This document shows, in pieces, positions 28,597 to 32,000 of a stretch of 32,000 nt of DNA. Under the pieces are notes generated by a model. The model saw nothing but the letters and a program-made list of their open reading frames with translations, was not told the origin of the DNA and did no database searches. Source of the stretch: Polynucleobacter necessarius (GTDB taxonomy: Bacteria > Pseudomonadota > Gammaproteobacteria > Burkholderiales > Burkholderiaceae); assembly GCF_900095195.1 (NCBI RefSeq), contig NZ_LT606950.1:1221946-1253945 (forward strand), in the 5' to 3' direction. Position 1 is the stretch's first letter; each line of letters starts with the position of its first letter. The translations under genes were made by a program, and so were the position numbers.

Positions 28597-30663
28597 TTAT
28601 GCCTTTAGAAACTCTGCGCGAGAACCCAACCAACGCTCTAAGCGTCGCCCCACAATATCTGCATGTTCTGCCAATAAGCGATCTGCAGCCCGCTGAGCCA
28701 ATTCAATTAGCCAAGCATCGCGCTGTAAATCCACAAATCGCAACATGGCATCGCCCGATTGTTTTGCCCCCAAGAGCTCACCCGGTCCACGCAAGGATAA
28801 ATCACGCTCCGCAATCACAAATCCATCCGAGGTCTCGCGCAACGTTTGTAAACGCTCTTTAGCGGCAATGGATAAAGGTTCTGAGTACATCAAAATGCAA
28901 ACTGAATCTGTCGTTCCACGCCCAACACGCCCTCTCAATTGATGAATCTGTGCGTAACTAAAACGTTCGGCATGCTCAATCACCATTAAAGCAGCATTCG
29001 GAACATCAACCCCAACTTCAATCACGGTCGTAGCCACTAAAAGTTGGATCTCATTGGTTTTAAACGCGGCCATCACAGCAGCCTTCTCTTCTGCCTTAAG
29101 TCGTCCATGCACGAGGCCAACTTTAAATTCTGGTAAAGCCTGCGTTAGCTGTTCAAAGCTCTCAACGGCAGTTTGTAACTGCAAAGCCTCGGACCCTTCA
29201 ATTAATGGACAAACCCAATATGCTTGTAACCCTTTGGATAGCCAACTTTGCAATCCTTGAATCACTTCGTCGCGACGACCATCTTTTACAACCTTAGTTG
29301 TAATCGGCTTACGGCCTGGAGGCAATTCGTCGATAACCGATACATCCAAGTCAGCGTAATACGTCATAGCCAATGTCCGAGGTATGGGAGTAGCAGACAT
29401 CATGAGTTGGTGACAATAGAACAGCTCAGAGCCGACGCGCTGCTGGATTTCTAAGCGCTGACGAACACCAAAACGATGCTGTTCATCAATCACCGCCAAG
29501 CCTAACATAGCAAAGCGGACAGTTTCCTGAATCAGGGCATGCGTTCCAATAATTAGCTGAGCAACGCCAGTTTCAATTTGCTCTTGCGCTAAGCGTTTTT
29601 CTTTTGCTTTCAGGCTCCCGGATAACCAGACCACTTGTATGCCCAAGGGCTCAAACCACTCCATCATCTTTAAATAGTGTTGCTCGGCTAATATTTCTGT
29701 GGGGGCCATAATGGCAGCTTGAAATTCGTGCTCCATCACACGAGCCGCTGCCAATGCGGCAATTACCGTCTTCCCGCTCCCCACATCTCCTTGCAATAGA
29801 CGATTCATCGGAAAAGCCTTTGACAGGTCCGAAGCAATTTCACCCCAGACTTTTGTTTGAGAGTTTGTTAGTTCAAATGGCAATACCTTCAACAAGCGAT
29901 CTTCTAGGCTATTAAGCCTCTTACCGTCACTAAAGCTTGGAGCGTGTCGCTCTCTCCGAATTGCGTGGGCTCGCTTTAGGGAGATTTGCTGAGCCAGAAG
30001 CTCTTCAAACTGTACCCGACGCCATGCGGCGTGCGTTCGATCCAATAGGGCTTGGGTATCTGCGTCAGCTGGAGGTTGGTGAAGATACGTAATTGCTGAT
30101 TGGAGAGTTGGCCAGTCATTACTTGGCAATAATTCAGCCATCAACTTCTTTGGCAAGAATTCCGCCAAACTATCCTGCAAACTGGATTCGCGTAAGGCTT
30201 GCGTCACCGCTTTCCGAATGGCTGCCTGCGACACTCCAGCGCTAGCTGGATAGACCGGTGTCAAACTTTTTGGCAAGGGCGCATCGGGAGCAACTGCTTT
30301 GACAGCAGGGTGAACCATCTCGGGACCTTGAAAACCTTCACGCACATCTCCTCGTACGCGAAGATGTGCCCCGATTGCCATCTGCTTTTGTTGACTAGGA
30401 TAAAAATTCAGAAAGCGTAATTGCAAGATTGCAGTGTCATCCTCAATCGTGACGAGCATCTGCCGTCTTGGTCGAAAGAGCGCCTGATTACGAATCACCA
30501 CCCCTTGAGTCTGAATGGAATGAAATCGTCCTTGCACTAGGCATTCTTCGATCGTCGCCAACTCGGTCCCATCCTCATAGCGCGACGGTAGGTGCAAAGC
30601 AAGAGCCATGGGGCTGTTTAATCCCATCTTTTGGAGAGTATTTGGCGCTTGCTTCGTAGTCAT
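28597..30663 (-). CDS. recG: ATP-dependent DNA helicase RecG
   Basis: 688 aa with a wedge-domain N-terminus, Walker A GDVGSGKT, the DEQHRFG box and motif [11 protein letters not shown]. It lies 7 bp upstream of ubiA on the same strand. Confidence 0.93.
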   Translation of the reverse strand: MTTKQAPNTLQKMGLNSPMALALHLPSRYEDGTELATIEECLVQGRFHSIQTQGVVIRNQALFRPRRQMLVTIEDDTAILQLRFLNFYPSQQKQMAIGAHLRVRGDVREGFQGPEMVHPAVKAVAPDAPLPKSLTPVYPASAGVSQAAIRKAVTQALRESSLQDSLAEFLPKKLMAELLPSNDWPTLQSAITYLHQPPADADTQALLDRTHAAWRRVQFEELLAQQISLKRAHAIRRERHAPSFSDGKRLNSLEDRLLKVLPFELTNSQTKVWGEIASDLSKAFPMNRLLQGDVGSGKTVIAALAAARVMEHEFQAAIMAPTEILAEQHYLKMMEWFEPLGIQVVWLSGSLKAKEKRLAQEQIETGVAQLIIGTHALIQETVRFAMLGLAVIDEQHRFGVRQRLEIQQRVGSELFYCHQLMMSATPIPRTLAMTYYADLDVSVIDELPPGRKPITTKVVKDGRRDEVIQGLQSWLSKGLQAYWVCPLIEGSEALQLQTAVESFEQLTQALPEFKVGLVHGRLKAEEKAAVMAAFKTNEIQLLVATTVIEVGVDVPNAALMVIEHAERFSYAQIHQLRGRVGRGTTDSVCILMYSEPLSIAAKERLQTLRETSDGFVIAERDLSLRGPGELLGAKQSGDAMLRFVDLQRDAWLIELAQRAADRLLAEHADIVGRRLERWLGSRAEFLKA

Positions 30664-30693
30664 CGTTAAAATCTAATACCTGATGGTAATGCT

Positions 30694-31731
30694 ATGCGAC
30701 TTTCTGACTTCAATTACGACCTTCCTGCCGAACTCATTGCCCAACATCCATTGGCCAATAGAACCGATAGTCGCCTCCTAGAGGTCAAGCTAAATGGTGT
30801 TGATCGTGCCAAGTTAACAGACCTCCAGTTTAAAGAGATTATTAACCTGATTCATCCTGGAGACCTTTTAGTCTTTAATGACACCAAGGTTATTCTAGCC
30901 CGGTTGCATGGCAAAAAAGAAACTGGCGGAAACGTTGAAATCTTGATTGAACGTATTATTGGAGATAAACAGGCTTGGGTACAAATTCGGGCATCCAAAG
31001 TCCCTAAAACAGATGCTATTGTTCATATCCACAATGCTGCTGGCGAGACCTTTCCAGTTGAAATGATTGGCTGTGACGGTCGTTTTTATGAGGTTCGTTT
31101 TCCTGAAAATGTGTTTGCATTGCTTGATCGCTTTGGTGAATTACCACTTCCCCCATACATTGAGCATCAGCCTGACAGCGAGGATGCCAAACGCTATCAA
31201 ACGGTTGTTGCCCAAAATCCCGGTGCTGTTGCTGCGCCGACTGCAGGGTTGCACTTTGATGAATCCATGCTAAAGCAACTTAGCGACCATGGAGTGAAGC
31301 AAGCTACCGTAACCTTGCATGTCGGGGCTGGCACTTTCAGCCCCGTTCGCGAAGAAGACTTATCAAAACATCGGATGCACTCTGAATGGTTTTCCATTCC
31401 TGAGAGAACCCTTCAGACGATCTCGGAGACCAAAAATCAAGGCGGGAGAATTATTGCCGTAGGCACCACCAGCTTACGAGCCCTGGAAAGCCAAGCATTA
31501 ACTGGTCAAAGTAGTGGCGAGACGAATCTCTTTATCACTCCTGGATATTCATTTAAAACGGTGGATTGCCTACTAACGAACTTTCATCTGCCAAAATCCA
31601 CTTTATTAATGTTGGTCAGCGCATTTGCAGGCATGGAAAATATTCGTGCCGCTTATCAACATGCTATCGAACAGAAATATCGCTTCTTCAGTTACGGGGA
31701 CGCCATGTTTCTTTGCCGACTTGAGAGTTGA
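30694..31731 (+). CDS. queA: S-adenosylmethionine:tRNA ribosyltransferase-isomerase
   Basis: 345 aa beginning [19 protein letters not shown], with LPLPPYI and [11 protein letters not shown], as in QueA. Confidence 0.93.
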   Translation: MRLSDFNYDLPAELIAQHPLANRTDSRLLEVKLNGVDRAKLTDLQFKEIINLIHPGDLLVFNDTKVILARLHGKKETGGNVEILIERIIGDKQAWVQIRASKVPKTDAIVHIHNAAGETFPVEMIGCDGRFYEVRFPENVFALLDRFGELPLPPYIEHQPDSEDAKRYQTVVAQNPGAVAAPTAGLHFDESMLKQLSDHGVKQATVTLHVGAGTFSPVREEDLSKHRMHSEWFSIPERTLQTISETKNQGGRIIAVGTTSLRALESQALTGQSSGETNLFITPGYSFKTVDCLLTNFHLPKSTLLMLVSAFAGMENIRAAYQHAIEQKYRFFSYGDAMFLCRLES

Positions 31732-31736
31732 TTGCT

Positions 31737-32000
31737 ATGAATAAACCTGTTCACTTTTCCATTTTGGCGCGCGACTCCCAGAGCCCCGCACGCTTGGGTC
31801 AATTAGATCTTCCTCACGGTAGTGTGCAAACCCCAATCTTTATGCCTGTAGGCACTTATGGGACCGTAAAGGCGATGACGCCACGCGATCTTCATGAAGC
31901 AAAAGCACAAATCATTCTGGGCAACACGTTTCATCTTTGGTTACGACCAGGCTTGGATGTCATCAAAAAACATGGTGGTCTGCACCGCTTTATGGGCTGG
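31737..32000 (+). CDS. tgt: tRNA-guanine transglycosylase, 5' part (runs off the window)
   Basis: From the ATG at 31737 the sequence reads [52 protein letters not shown]...[11 protein letters not shown], which is the Tgt N-terminus. It follows queA, a common operon pairing. Confidence 0.9.
   Translation, partial: MNKPVHFSILARDSQSPARLGQLDLPHGSVQTPIFMPVGTYGTVKAMTPRDLHEAKAQIILGNTFHLWLRPGLDVIKKHGGLHRFMGW

Noticed and set aside
1-32000. Explaining all frameshifts as sequencing or assembly errors
   Set aside because: Several single-base indels sit in short homopolymers and could individually be errors. A perfect 13-bp duplication and two deletions of 0.5-0.8 kb that join non-adjacent parts of conserved proteins cannot be errors of that kind. 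In addition, the lesions are confined to about 7 kb of eight loci, while about 23 kb of other coding sequence has none. Random error would not give that distribution. Read-level confirmation is still advisable.
1-32000. Search for a novel defence, toxin-antitoxin, secretion or mobile-element system
   Set aside because: Every ORF of meaningful size is accounted for by a recognisable housekeeping family in conserved synteny, and intergenic spacers are mostly under 160 bp. There are no arrays of repeats, no integrase, transposase or phage-like genes and no compositional break that I can see. Claiming a new system here would not be supported.

Overview
This window looks like a conserved core-chromosome segment of a betaproteobacterium of the order Burkholderiales. 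It is moderately AT-rich by eye and tightly packed. Gene order is hda(3' end)-HAD hydrolase-pcnB-folK-panB | dnaJ-dnaK-grpE-hemH-hrcA (minus strand) | nadK-recN | glnE | yhdP-like-nit-tldD-aroG | PduO-type adenosyltransferase | glcD-glcE-glcF-yggS-proC | ubiA-recG | queA-tgt(5' end). I found no tRNA or rRNA genes, CRISPR arrays, IS elements, integrases, phage genes or defence-type gene clusters, so I do not claim a new multi-gene system. The notable signal is gene decay. Eight of about 27 loci (pcnB, panB, hrcA, a nitrilase-family gene, tldD, a cob(I)alamin adenosyltransferase, glcE and glcF) are inactivated by frameshifts, one perfect 13-bp tandem duplication and two internal deletions of roughly 0.5-0.8 kb. 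Their neighbours stay uninterrupted, including ORFs of 4.1, 2.8, 2.1 and 1.9 kb. Each broken gene can be rebuilt by hand by switching reading frames at defined points. Together with the Burkholderiales synteny and low GC, this fits an eroding genome such as the obligate ciliate endosymbiont lineage of Polynucleobacter; that assignment is inference and was not verified by any search. Two textbook sigma-32 heat-shock promoters (dnaK, grpE) and two bidirectional intrinsic terminators are also readable.
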